A stretch of DNA of 64,000 nt from Haliotis rufescens (taxonomy: Eukaryota): assembly GCF_023055435.1 (NCBI RefSeq), contig NW_025963791.1, positions 15,128,001 to 15,192,000 of the forward strand, written 5' to 3'. This document shows, piece by piece, positions 36,631 to 49,800 of the stretch (within the stretch, counting starts at the first letter, position 1; each line of letters opens with the position of its first letter). The position numbers and the translations under genes were made by a program. The notes under the pieces were generated by a model. It made no database searches, was not told the origin of the DNA, and saw only the letters and a list, made by a program, of their open reading frames with translations.

Positions 36631-37844
36631 TAGTCAAAGAGCCACTCAGGGTCAATAAACAAGTTACCGGTACTCTTGGTGTAAAATTGAATATATGTAA
36701 GAATACTTCTGCATCTCGTCCAACTAGGTAAAAATTTGCACCATATGCAAAACAACTCCGGAGTGAATTTGTGTTTACATAATGAACATACTCACGTCTT
36801 ATTTTGTATATGTGTAAATCCTACACATGTAAGCAAATGCCTATAATACATATGAAAGAACTTACAACATGGTGGAACCAGATGATAGAAGTAAAACATG
36901 CAGCACCAACACAGGCATCTCTGGTATACATTGAAATACGAAACAGAGATGCCTCCCTACATCAATCCTACATTCCTACCACATAGGGTAACTCATGTCT
37001 GCCAGACAGCTGCCGTGACTGAATGGTGCTGAGTTAATTCAACAATGGCAGGTTACCATGATCCACACTTCATGATTCAGCCTTAAAACAAACTTGTGTT
37101 TCAGATAACCCGACCGATCTGCCATTTCACTAGAGATTCGAATTTCTTTTAAACACAGCTTGAAACAGTTGTCAAGAAAACCATATTTAATATCAGGAAT
37201 TTCTACACTTTATCATTGCTGTAGATATTTTGATGTACAAATTTGAGAAACATTGCAACCAACACAAGTCCTTTACAAGCCATCTGTGTTAACATTGCAA
37301 AAAGAAAATCAAATGAAAAGATGAGCCCTACCTAGTGACCCCTATCTTTTGGGAGGGCCAGGTTACCGGAAACACATTGTTCCGTGAGGTTTACAAGCTT
37401 AGCACAGAACACAGACCCCACTATAGCTTAATTCTGACATTATTCATATGCAGCAAAATTCAAACAAAAGCATGATGCAGACTCCAGCATCCTCCAAACT
37501 GAAGTGTTATTCCTACACACAAATTATCAATACTTCATACACATACGCAGTGTAATTCTACTGTACAGGTATTTACACTAAAGCATGATTTATCGAAGAC
37601 ACTGATTCTGGTCAATGACAGGATCCTACTAAGCAATGTTTATTATAAACTGATTTACAAAAGTAATACATGTCAGACAACAGCTACTGAGCAAAATGTG
37701 CAGCCGAAGGTAGGCCGTCCTTAGACAATCTAGAATTGTGAGATATCACAGTGTGGATGTATGAATTGATGAGAGCAACAGGCACTGTGTGATGGGGGAG
37801 GGTCACAGCACCGTCCCCCTCCCCCTAGAGACATCGATCCTCCC

Positions 37845-40800
37845 TCAGGTTATGATGTCATCATCATCGTCCATACTTGCTTGACGTGAGTTGGGGTATG
37901 TGGCATACGTTTTCTGTAATAATAAGAAACATTGTTATCCTGTACCTCTGCTTGATTTGTTTGTTAGTTTGTTCTTCTCATCACATTAACTAATGAGCAA
38001 ATTAATACAATTTTTTTTACTATAGTGGAAGTTAGATTGCAATTGGTGATGGGCGAAATAATTTTGTAAGATATGGTTTTGGTTTTTTGGTTTAACGCAG
38101 CACTCAGCAATATTCCAGCAATATGACAGTGGTCTGTAAATAATCGAGTCTGGGCCAGACAATCAAGTGATTAACATCATGAGCATTGATCCACGCAATT
38201 GGGATATGATGACATGCTTCAATCAAGTCAACGAGCCTGACCACCCGATCCCATTAGTTGCCTCTTACGACATGCATGGGTTGCTGAAGACCAATTTCCA
38301 CACAGAAGTTTCTAAAAAGTCTTTGCAGAATAGTTTAGAGAGATGAACTGGTCTTGCTTACCTTTACGGAACTTCCCCGAGAATGAGCTGAAAGACCAAA
38401 AGCATATTTATACACAGGATCTTAAAGTCACATTCTGTCCTTACCACGTTCACTACTAATGTATCTCAATATTCAGCTATGTAGCAATTTCACAGATTGT
38501 GAATATATATAGTATATTTCATACCACCTGTTGTCATCATAAAAAAGAAGAAAGTTTCATACCCGATGACGGTCGCCGAGAACCTGAGTACCTCTGGCCA
38601 GTGTAACCACGGTGACCTTCATCATCATAATCCTCATCCCCTGTTGAATCCAGTCTAAAACAAGGAAATCATGATATGAGGGTTCACACTTGCCTTATAC
38701 ACTTGCCTTATGACAGGATACATATCCCCTAAACAGATACAATGAATGGTCCCTTAGCAAATATGCTGAAAACACTAGGAGCATCACAATACACTTGCCT
38801 CTTGACAGGATAAATATTCCCTATAAAGATACAATGAATGGTCCCTTAGCCCATGTCCTGAAAACGCTAGGAGCATCACAATACACTTGTCTCTTGACAG
38901 GATAAATATCCCCTAAAAAGATACAATGCATGGTCCCTTAGCCCAAATGCTGGAAACTCGATAAGCATCATAATACACTTGCCTCATGACTGAATACATA
39001 TCATATTTATCATGATAGAATGGAAATATAACACAAGACAATCGAGGATGCAGTTTTACCTCATTTTCCTCATCCTCTGTCGGCGAGCTGAATGGCCCTT
39101 CAAGGAAGACTGTATCAAATAGACAGCATCATCACTTCCTGTGCTGTAGTCTGCCTCCTCCTCATCGTCATAATCATCATCTTGATATCGTTTCAGCTTC
39201 TGTCGCCGTTGATGATGTCCTCGGAGGGCAGACTGGATAACGTATGCTGCCTAAAATTTCCAGAAAAAAAACTTTCTGTGAGAACTTCCTAATATCTTTT
39301 CCTAATAAGATCATTATGTTTTTTGATACATTTGGTATGTTTGATTTGATATAAAATCCATAACTGTTTGTAACATTGACAGAAATACCAACAAGCAGCA
39401 CATAAGAAACAAACAGTGCTCTTTGATATTTTTAGTCCGATACTATACACCTCAAGTCTTGATGCTCCCTGAGCCACTAGTCTACCCTCCTTCACATAGA
39501 TGTACCATCCATCTCTAGACACGTTAAATCAGCACATTAAAAAACAAACAAACATTTAATTTAATTATTTTACCAAAGATATTGCTTCCTCAAACACCTT
39601 ACCCCTCCTGTAGATACCAAATACCACGACTCCCCTCAACTGGATACAACCTACTTGCATTATGACATAAGTCATAGGATAGGAGAAAAGGGACTTTATG
39701 GTTGCCAGGAAACAATTGTGCTGTGACGTCATAAAGAAAGACGTTTAACGTCAACTTACTTCCGCAAAAATCGCCATGTGTGCGGACTGCACAAAAATAT
39801 CTTAGTTTTCTCCCATTAGTTCGCAATGTAATAAAACATTATTTCAAAACATTTCAGCATATGTCTACTTTCAATTATTCAGACATTATATCTAAAAACT
39901 GCAATCTTTACATAAACAGTTTTTTTAGAAAACTAGTCCAAACATTTGATGCCATGTATCTCTGTAACAAATATGAAATGAAGCTATGATTTTTTTATAC
40001 TTGATTTTTTGATTTTTTAAAAACTGTGGTTTAAAAAAAATATTTAAGTCAAAATGTGATGTTTCACACATAAGGTCCCTTATCTCCTGGTGGGTCACCT
40101 ATTTCAAATCTCCTTAATAGATCAATACTAACACAGTGACAGTATTGCTCATGCAGTGGTCAGTGATACTGCAGCTGTATCATGGCAGCCTGGAAATTCA
40201 ACTGGACCAGAAAAATCTGTGCTTGATAACAAGAGCTGTGATCCACCAGGTACTGTTACATGCAATATGAACTTCCAACACTGTTACCATCGATCACCAG
40301 TTTTGAAGACTTACATCAAACATGGCGTACTGACGTCCAAATCTACTTTGGAATCAATACTGATGTACATTCCCCAAACTGCTAAGACCTTGGTCTAGGG
40401 ACAAGACTTTGAAATAAGAGCTGCAAGTCATATAAGGGCTAGGTCAGCTAATGAGTATCCCTCTTACATTTCAATGCAATAAATTATATTGGAACAAAGG
40501 TGTCCTTGTACCTTGACGACACAAGAAATAAGATCCAGGGCCCGTTCCACAAAGTGATCTTAGTGCTACGATCCTTGTAAGTCTATGTTAAAGTATGGTA
40601 GTTACGATCACCTTAGTGCTAAGATCGCTTTGTGGAACAGGGCCCTGGGCCCACTTGCACAAAGCGATCTTAGCGCTAAGATGATTGTAACTCCCATACT
40701 TTAACATAGGCTTGCGATAGTCTTAGCGCTAAGATCGCTTTGTGCAAGTGGCCCCTGGTCTCAAAAAGAGCTATACTCTATTGGCTGGGTTCAATAGTAA

Positions 40801-43800
40801 ACAGGTGATCAAAGGCCGGGTGCCATTGCACAAAACAACCGTAGAGCTACGACTGTCACAAGTCTATGTTGAGGCATGGGAGTTACAATCACCTTAGCAC
40901 TAACATCACTTTGTGGAACGGCATCCTGGGCTCTTAATGTAGGAATTACAGTACTCAGGTCACCAAGACAACGCACTCCTTGCAATACTACTCTCATTGA
41001 TATGTCACCTTCACAGTGACGACTGCAACACCCACAACTGTCACCTTCATAGCGATGACACTCATGCTGTTCTGCACGACTGTATACTGGAGGTGGAACA
41101 TACTGGGTGTATCAGATACAGCGGACAGAGAGACAAGAATGACAGACAGAAGAGACAGAAAAACACAGTTGTCTTACACACAAATGTTGCATAATTCACA
41201 TTCCGAAGCAAAACATCAGTGCATGCACGACCACAGGTTAGTGAACATGCTTTCGTGATCCGACGCCTTGACTTACTACCCATACACATTAAACATTACC
41301 GAAGATGTTAGTACCAGCTACTTGGAAAGGTGGATTTACCATAATCCCAAACTCAGGAACCCAAACAGTTTTGAGCTCAATTTGTCAGCAACCCTTTCAG
41401 CAAAATAACTGCTTCCCATGTACAAAGCATAGCGCTTTTCAAGACTTTTATAAACCAACTGCCATTTTTGCCTATTGTTTTATGGGTATCCTGCTATTTC
41501 TTAGTAATCTTGTGAGAGGTATTACTTAACAGTGAGACCTGCTCAGAGGTTTTACATTTTAAACCAAAATCTTTTGAGAGTCATGTTTTAACTAGAACAG
41601 AAAAGTAACATTGGAATTCTATGGAAATTTTCACCGAAGATGCATACCCTAACAATAGCTAAATAGCTGTGCATTTTGATAGTTTGGATGAAAGCAACAT
41701 CTAGCCTTGCTAGCATTACACTAGACTCTTATCACATTTATCGATGTTCTATCGACTTCAAGTACAGGAACCTTTGACAACCATAGAAATTCAACCCCAG
41801 ACTGAGACAACCTCAACCATATCTATGCATCACAGTGCACAGTGTTTCCAACAGTTATCGTTCAGTGAGCCTGCGACCTACTTCCTCATCCTCCTCTTCG
41901 TCCTGGCGATGTCGACGCCATCTGGTCTGGATAGCTTTTGCTGCGTGATTCTCACGGAATTTGTTCACATTGTGCATCTGATCACAAAAGGACACCAAAG
42001 ACAAAAGTAAGACGAGAAAATAAACCATGCATAAATACAGACGTGAACGACACATGGCATCGTAATGGGAATATGTCCACCTGCCAAACAGGAAGCACAT
42101 GGCCCGTCTGGCAGGTTACTGGATGGAGCATGGACATTTCTCATATTCAAAACTGAATAGACAACAGCTTTTACTGTTGATGCCACGGTGCACTGCTCAT
42201 ATGTTGTTCACTTTACATAGGGTGTCATAACTTACATAGAGTGTGCTAACTTACATAGGGTGTCATAACAGTTCACATGATAAAAACAGTGATGTAGAAA
42301 CAGTTGTATAGTCAAGGTTAATAGTCATTCGTAGAAACAAAGATCATTAAACTAAATATATAAAGACATGACAACAAATTGAAAAAGTTTATTCCTATTC
42401 TTCTTGCAGAATACAGAGCTCCAGATAACATTTTGAGCAATTGAGTTTTTACTCTAGGGTTTCTATCTTAATTGAGTTATTACAATTTTCATTCAGTAAC
42501 CAGTATTTTTTCACTCATCTATTCATGACTCGATTGGGTTTTCCCCCAAATTAGTGAACATTTTAAGATTTAAAAAAGAAATTAAAGAAATAATGTTCTA
42601 GATGTATATATCTGTTCTAAATATATAGGCTTGACTCGGAAAGTAAATTAGCTCGAAATTGTGTTTCGGAAATTAGTTCCATTGTAGGCATGCTGAAAAA
42701 GCTTCATTTTCATTTAATGCATGCGTTTATGTACGCAAGTTAATTGAAAGTGATTGGGTTTTGAATACTTTTGGGGGGTATTTTACGCTCATACGCTGCT
42801 TATCTGTAGCTCTGAGAATATGTATGCTGACGTGCATATTATCACTAAACGTGATATGTGTTGTACTGAGGAAACAGCCCTATAGCACAGACCAAGCTGA
42901 GTACAACTGTAGAAGCTGCTGCCCCTTGCTGATGGCTGTAGTGGGTCTCTCCCTACTGAAGCAACAGACTCCTACTCCTTGTCCTGGTCTACACCCTTGA
43001 ATCCCTCACGATCTAACACACCACACTATTGACCCCTTGACCCAAAAGTTCATGATCATGCTTACCTTCTAACCCTTTAACCCATCTCCCTTGATGCTCT
43101 GACCTCAATCTTGGCCTAACCCATCTCCCTAAATGCTCTGACCTCAATTTTGACCCAACCCATCATCCTGATTTCTCTGGCCTCAATCTTGACCCAACCT
43201 ATCTCCTTATTGCTCTGACCTCAATCTTGACCCAACCCATCTCCCTTAATGCTCTGACCTCAATCTTGGCCCAACCCATCTACCTTAATGTTCTGACCTC
43301 AATCTTGACCCATCCCATCTCCCTAAATGCTCTGACCTCAATTTTGACCCAACCCATCATCCTGATTTCTCTGGCCTCAATCTTGACCCAACCTATCTCC
43401 TTATTGCTCTGACCTCAATCTTGACCCAACCCATCTCCCTTAATGCTCTGACCTCAATCTTGGCCCAACCCATCTACCTTAATGTTCTGACCTCAATCTT
43501 GACCCATCCCATCTCCCTAAATGCTCTGACCTCAATTTTGACCCAACCCATCATTGTGATTTCTCTGGCCTCAATCTTGACCCAACCTATCTCCTTATTG
43601 CTCTGACCTCAATCTTGACCCAACCCATCTCCCTTAATGCTCTGACCTCAATCTTGACCCATCCCATCTCCCTAAATGCTCTGACCTCAATTTTGACCCA
43701 ACCCATCATTGTGATTTCTCTGGCCTCAATCTTGACCCAACCTATCTCCTTATTGCTCTGACCTCAATCTTGACCCAACCCATCTCCCTTAATGCTCTGA

Positions 43801-46800
43801 CCTCAATCTTGACCCATCCCATCTCCCTAAATGCTCTGACCTCAATTTTGACCCAACCCATCATTGTGATTTCTCTGGCCTCAATCTTGACCCAACCTAT
43901 CTCCTTATTGCTCTGACCTCAATCTTGACCCAACCCATCTCCCTTAATGCTCTGACCTCAGTCTTGGCCTAACCCATCATCCTTATTGCTCTGACCTCAA
44001 TCTTGACCCAACCTATCTCCATATTGCTCTGACCTCAATCTTGACCCAACCCATCTGCCTTAATGCTCTGACCTCAGTCTTGGCCTAACCCATCATCCTT
44101 ATTGCTCTGACCTCAATCTCGGCCCGACCCATCTCCTTAATTCCTGACATCAGCTTTTGTCTATGTCAGCCTCCAACACCAAGCTGTGCGACAAGTCAGG
44201 GTAACAAATAGCATGTTCAAGCATCCAAAAGGTCATCAAACAGAACTTGCACACACAAGGTACTTGTACAGTCAGGAGAGTGATTCCATCATGCAACTTT
44301 TTCTGTGAGCAAAATCCATGCAGATGGTGTGCGTATTTTCTCAGCAAACTAACTCATGTATTTAAATGAAAATCTCAGTTAATGTGTTCCACTCATGTAG
44401 GAAGACAAGGGAGAGAGTATTTCCACCTATAATTAGACCAAAGTCTTATGTACATGAATGAGTTGTTAGGTGAGCAGTATGTCAATTATAGGTGTGTCAG
44501 CTTATGAGATGCAGGTCGTAAGACATTTACTCCTTGGTGAAACCAAGGAACATCAATATGGTGCAAGCAAACAAAGGATGATACTCCGGACGAACCTGGG
44601 ATTTGAACCACAACCAGCTGGCAGCGATAAGAGAGCAACTCTGCCCAGCAAATTGTGACATCTAAGACCAATGTATGTGTTTCATGAGTTTCATGTGTGT
44701 GAGAACTGATAACCAGAGTGAAGTTGCATACAAACACTGCAATGATAAGCAATGCAGTTCCAGGACATCGGTGCAAGGTAGACACATTGGTGCAGTAACT
44801 CAATGCACAGCAAGCAAGGGAGGTGGTATCACTGATGGTGTGTGTGTGTTTCGGGCAGTGACTACACTGCTCATCAACACTATGCAGGTGCAGTGCGAGG
44901 CAAAGGGAAGGCGCGTCAGGAGACCACACTGGTGACTCAAGTAACAGCACGGTGACACAACACGGACACAACACCGGCATAACATGTGACAACAGCTTAA
45001 GCATGTTCGGGGAAATGTCCTACTCTCTCGGTCTCTCCTTGATGTTTGGTCCACCTCCGCTGTATTGTCCGAGCCGCATGGGTTCGACGCATCTCCTCGA
45101 CTCGAATAGCTAATCTCTAGACACATGAGGACAGAACAGAGATAGGTAGAGACAGACGGACTGTGGACATCACTGGCCCTGCTACTCACATGCAGGCCAC
45201 CACACATCACACAGAGTGCCACATTTGGATGATCACATTACTTTGATATTTCCTATCTGTGAATTCTTATTTTGACAGTTTTGTGCATGCATGCAAGAGA
45301 TACTGGATATGGGAGAAAAGGATTCAGATGAAAAGTTATATCTTAAACTTAGGTGAAAGGAGAGGTCTTGTGCATTACTGACATAATCTGAATGTTTACA
45401 GAACAGGAGACGATGTCATGCATGTGTCCACTACAAGAGCAGAGTTGTCTACCCTACCTCTTCTTCTTCACGTTTCTTCTCCCGATGCTGACGCCATTGC
45501 CTCTGAATACTTTTGGCGGCTTTTTTCTGTGAAAAACTCTGGACATTTGTCTCTCTGCCTGAGTCTATTGAGGATGATCTGGAACACAAAGACTGTACAC
45601 ATGAGATTGGGACAGTGCTGAATCTATAGTTCTAGGTCAACCAACACAAGATATCAACCAACATTAACCATCTGACGAGAAAATGACCAGCACACATATA
45701 ATCTTACCTGCGCCTTCTTGGAGTCACACCAGTGGGGGAGTCCCGCCGTCTTGGTGTACCAGATGAATCTCGGCTGAAATGATACAGTGGAAATAATAAT
45801 TTGTTGATGAGGAATACCAGCAAAGAATGCTAGTCACAAGCATGGCATAAAACAAGTAATGGTAACACATCAAAATAAATGAAAATGGCTTGTTCGAATG
45901 CAGTTAGTTTTAAAACACAACACTTGAGTAGAGCTTCTATGTCATAGTGGGACAGGTGCAGCATGTTACTTTCTTATAAAGCACAATTCTCGGTGAAACC
46001 ATATTATTAGTCGTGTGAGAAGGGAGCTAACATTGCTTGCCCAATTGTATGTGCAAGGTAGGCCCACATTTAAAACTAAACTCACTTGTGGAAGGGAACA
46101 TGCACTACCACCAAAAACCTGTACTACAAAATACTATTTTGTAAATATATGTAAGTAAAGTTTGTAGAAAGTACAGCAGAACTCATTTCTACGAACATTG
46201 CAAATAAGATGGTGAATTTATATATTGAACTACAAAAACGTTTTGCGAGACTAACACCATTTTCTGCAAAAAAATAAACAATGGAAATAGCTCCACATTG
46301 TAATTAGAGTGACCTCCCTTTCCCAATATGAATTACCGATAATGCCCTTTCACCTAAATCGTTCCTGTTGCTGCTAAAACTGCCAGAGATCCAAGACTAT
46401 ACTGTAGCATGCAAAAGTATCAACATCAACAGATGCAACAATAAAGTGCAAGGAGGTTTACAAATACAAGTCAGTATCAAAGAACATACCTTTTCTTGCT
46501 CATCTCGTTATTCAGCCTCCTGACCTTCACCTTGAGTTTCTCAATTTCATCCAGTAGCTCGGACTCTCTCTGGTCAAGTTGGTGCAACCGTTCTTCCATG
46601 CTGCCATGGAGCACAATCTTGCCTGCAGGAAATCACATTGTTACCCAGTGTGAATAAACATAAACGCTAGAAGGCAATGTGAATGTTATGCTGTTATGCT
46701 GTTATGCTGTTTATAACTAACCAGGAAATACTGGACAATCTGTGCAAGCTAGTTGTTGAGCTGTTACTGTTATAATTCACATGTTTTTACAGCAAAATAA

Positions 46801-49800
46801 CTTGCATAGTAATGTATCATATGTATCGCGATACAGGGTTCGTCAATCGATTGTACTATGGGGCTCATATTGCGATACAATACTGTATTGACGTATTGTT
46901 ACACAACTAATTAATTGGTATCAAAATTGGTATCAATTCCTGTTTTGGAAAAAGAAGAACTAGGTCATATTATTTGTTTTCAATTTGCACATATATTATA
47001 TGACACAAAGAAATACTGGTTCTAAATACAATCTATGTAGCTTCATGATGGTTTTTTCCTGTTTTGTAGAGCAAACAGAACAGCTGTTGCTGATCACCCT
47101 GCAAACACAAGCAGGGCCCCGTTCCACAAAGCGATCGTAGCGCTAAGATGATCGTAACTCCCATTCTTTAGCATAGGCTTATGACAGTCGTAGCGCTACG
47201 ATCGCTTTGTGGAACGGGGCCCAGGTTCTACAGATAGTGAACGTACCCTGGACTTCACTGCGTCGACTGTCTAGAGACAACATGGAGGTGTTGTCCGCCT
47301 CCGCCTTCCTCTCCGCCCGCTCTGCTCTCTGCGCACAAACATTAAGTATTAACACTGTGATCCACATAATCTACTTGTGTCCTGACAAACAAGGATTAAC
47401 ATTTATCATCCAAAACTGGCTCCCACAGGAGATATCGCTTGTGTGTGTTCAAGTTCAGACCTGATTCACTTGGGTTATCGAACCTCTGATTTTCAGTAAC
47501 CGCAAATCCATAACAACCAGTTTTAATTTGGCAATAATAGCATTAATCTTGTTATAGAGGGCTTCCAAAATTTTTACACTTGTTGGACAACAATTAACAC
47601 AATGTTTGGTAAGCTGGGAGAATGGCATAATATTTATTTTTTTTTGGACATTTTGTATTCCTTTCGAAGAGTTGTACATCAGGTTCAGAGGTTACACAGT
47701 AGGTTTAGTCAATTGTAGTGAAAATACGTTACATAGATGTACATTTCTTGTGATATAAATATAGCATGCATAATTGAAACACACCCACGCACACGCACAC
47801 GCACACGACCACGCACACACACACACATGATATGCCTCAAGAAGAGCATGAACAGTTGTATCAATAGTCAGATATAACTAAAACAATTATGGTAGTATTG
47901 CTATTTGAGGCATAGCTGATCTATAGCCTTATTGTACAGGGCATGATTATTATATTAATTTGTGTAGGATTTTCCCCCATTTTCGTTCAAATTGTAATAG
48001 ACCATTGTTTTTGGTGGCAATGAATTTTTCAATCATCGCTGTCTCTTTTAGTATTTTCCTAAAATTATCAAAAATTGGTTTCTCACCCTTAATACTTGAT
48101 ATATATATATATATCTTTTACTGGATATTATAATATGATTAAGTAAAAGTTTATTTTTGTCGAATCCAAAAATAACTGAGTATTTGGTAAGTGAGATCCT
48201 AGTATTTGTGTCAAGGTTTAAAAAGGTTTCCAGTTTGCTCCAAAAGTGTTTAACATATTCACATTCCCAATATACATGTATAAGGTTTTCGCCATTTAAG
48301 TCACAAAAGCAGCAAATATCATTATCAACTAGTTTCATTCTTAATAATTCCTTTTTGGTGTAAATTATTCTGTGGATAAACTTAAACTGAAAGTCAATCA
48401 ATTTAGTATCTTTAGTACATTTTCTGAAATTTGAATAAACTTCTTTCCATTGAATATCATTATCAAAAAGAGATTGCCATTTTCCATTTACTAAGGGTGG
48501 TTTTGTTATTGTAATTAGTCTATCATAAAAGTACCTAGATCCTTGAACAGGTATAAATATATCCCTCAGTTGTGGACTAAGATTTAAGTCATATATTGGT
48601 ATTTTGATATAATGATTGACAGTGTCTCTCCATTCTTTAGGTATACTAAGTTTAACCTTATTATAATCTAATATTGTACCCTGTATATCATAACGTACTT
48701 TTAATATTTCAAATGGCAAAAATCCATTCTCATTACATAAGTCCTTAATTGTCACTATACCCTTTTTAAACCAATTTTTAATTATGTAGTTTTCATGTTT
48801 AAATTGGTGATTTAGCCATAGGGGCTGTGATAGAATTTCGGAGATCCTTTCTGAATTTGTTGTAAATTTTCTGCCGTAATTTCCCCAAACATTTAAAACA
48901 TCTCTCCAAAAAGGGTTTTTCACACATAAATATTTATCAGCATTGACTCCTAAATCTATCATATCAGTGAAAGAAAAAACTGAGGGATTATCACATGTAC
49001 TCTTTTTTAAATACTTTCTTAAAGTAGATAATTTTAGTGATTCTATAAATATTTTAATGTCCACCATTCTAAGCCCACCATCAGCATAATTTTTTTTCAG
49101 ATTTTGCCTTATAATTTTATCTGGTTTATTATTCCATTTCTTTAAAATGTCTGGACTTAAAATAAATATTGATAAAACAAAAGCCATATGGATCGGGTCG
49201 AAAGCAGGGAGCTCAACAAATATTTGTGAAGACTTAAAGTTAGACTGGCATGTAGGCAATTTTGAAGTGTTGGGAATTATTCCCAACCCCCATTTGCAAG
49301 ATCTATGGGTTATCAATACCCGAAAAAGACTTGAAACAATAAATAGGTTATTGGCAAACTGGAGAAGAAGAAACTTGACTCTTATAGGTAAAATTACTGT
49401 TATCAAGTCATTGGCTCTCTCAACTCTTGTCCATATTTTTATGGCACTGCCAAACCCCCCAGAAGATTTTATTACAAATTTAAATAAAATTTTGTTTAGT
49501 TTTTTTTTGAGAATGGCATAATATAGTTCTTTGAGAAATGAACCTTTGGAAAAAACAACGCAATTCATTGGACTAGAGAATTGTGACAGAAGTCTGGGAT
49601 GACTGTTTTGACGTACCCGCTCTGCTTTAGATATTGCTACTAGCAACTGCCTCTTGTTCATGTCCTCGTACTCTCCTGAAATGATAAACAACCTTGATCG
49701 ATTATCATTAGTAACAACAGAAAACACCCTGTTTTATCTCCCACTTCACAACTTAACATTATTTTTTAGCATTTGAACCCCTTTCCACCTCCTTCTAAGG

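Noticed and set aside
39688-40082. Possible MITE with AAGGGAC(T/C)TTATG inverted ends
   Set aside because: Only 13-bp imperfect inverted repeats, no clear TSD, single copy.
43078-44145. Coding 13-aa repeat exon of IQCE
   Set aside because: 38-bp variant units introduce frameshifts and stops.
44486-45004. 172-aa minus-strand ORF
   Set aside because: No recognisable homology or splice context; likely intron or alternative 3' UTR.
48048-49727. 559-aa standalone gene
   Set aside because: Chimera of an IQCE exon, intron and both orientations of a LINE fragment.
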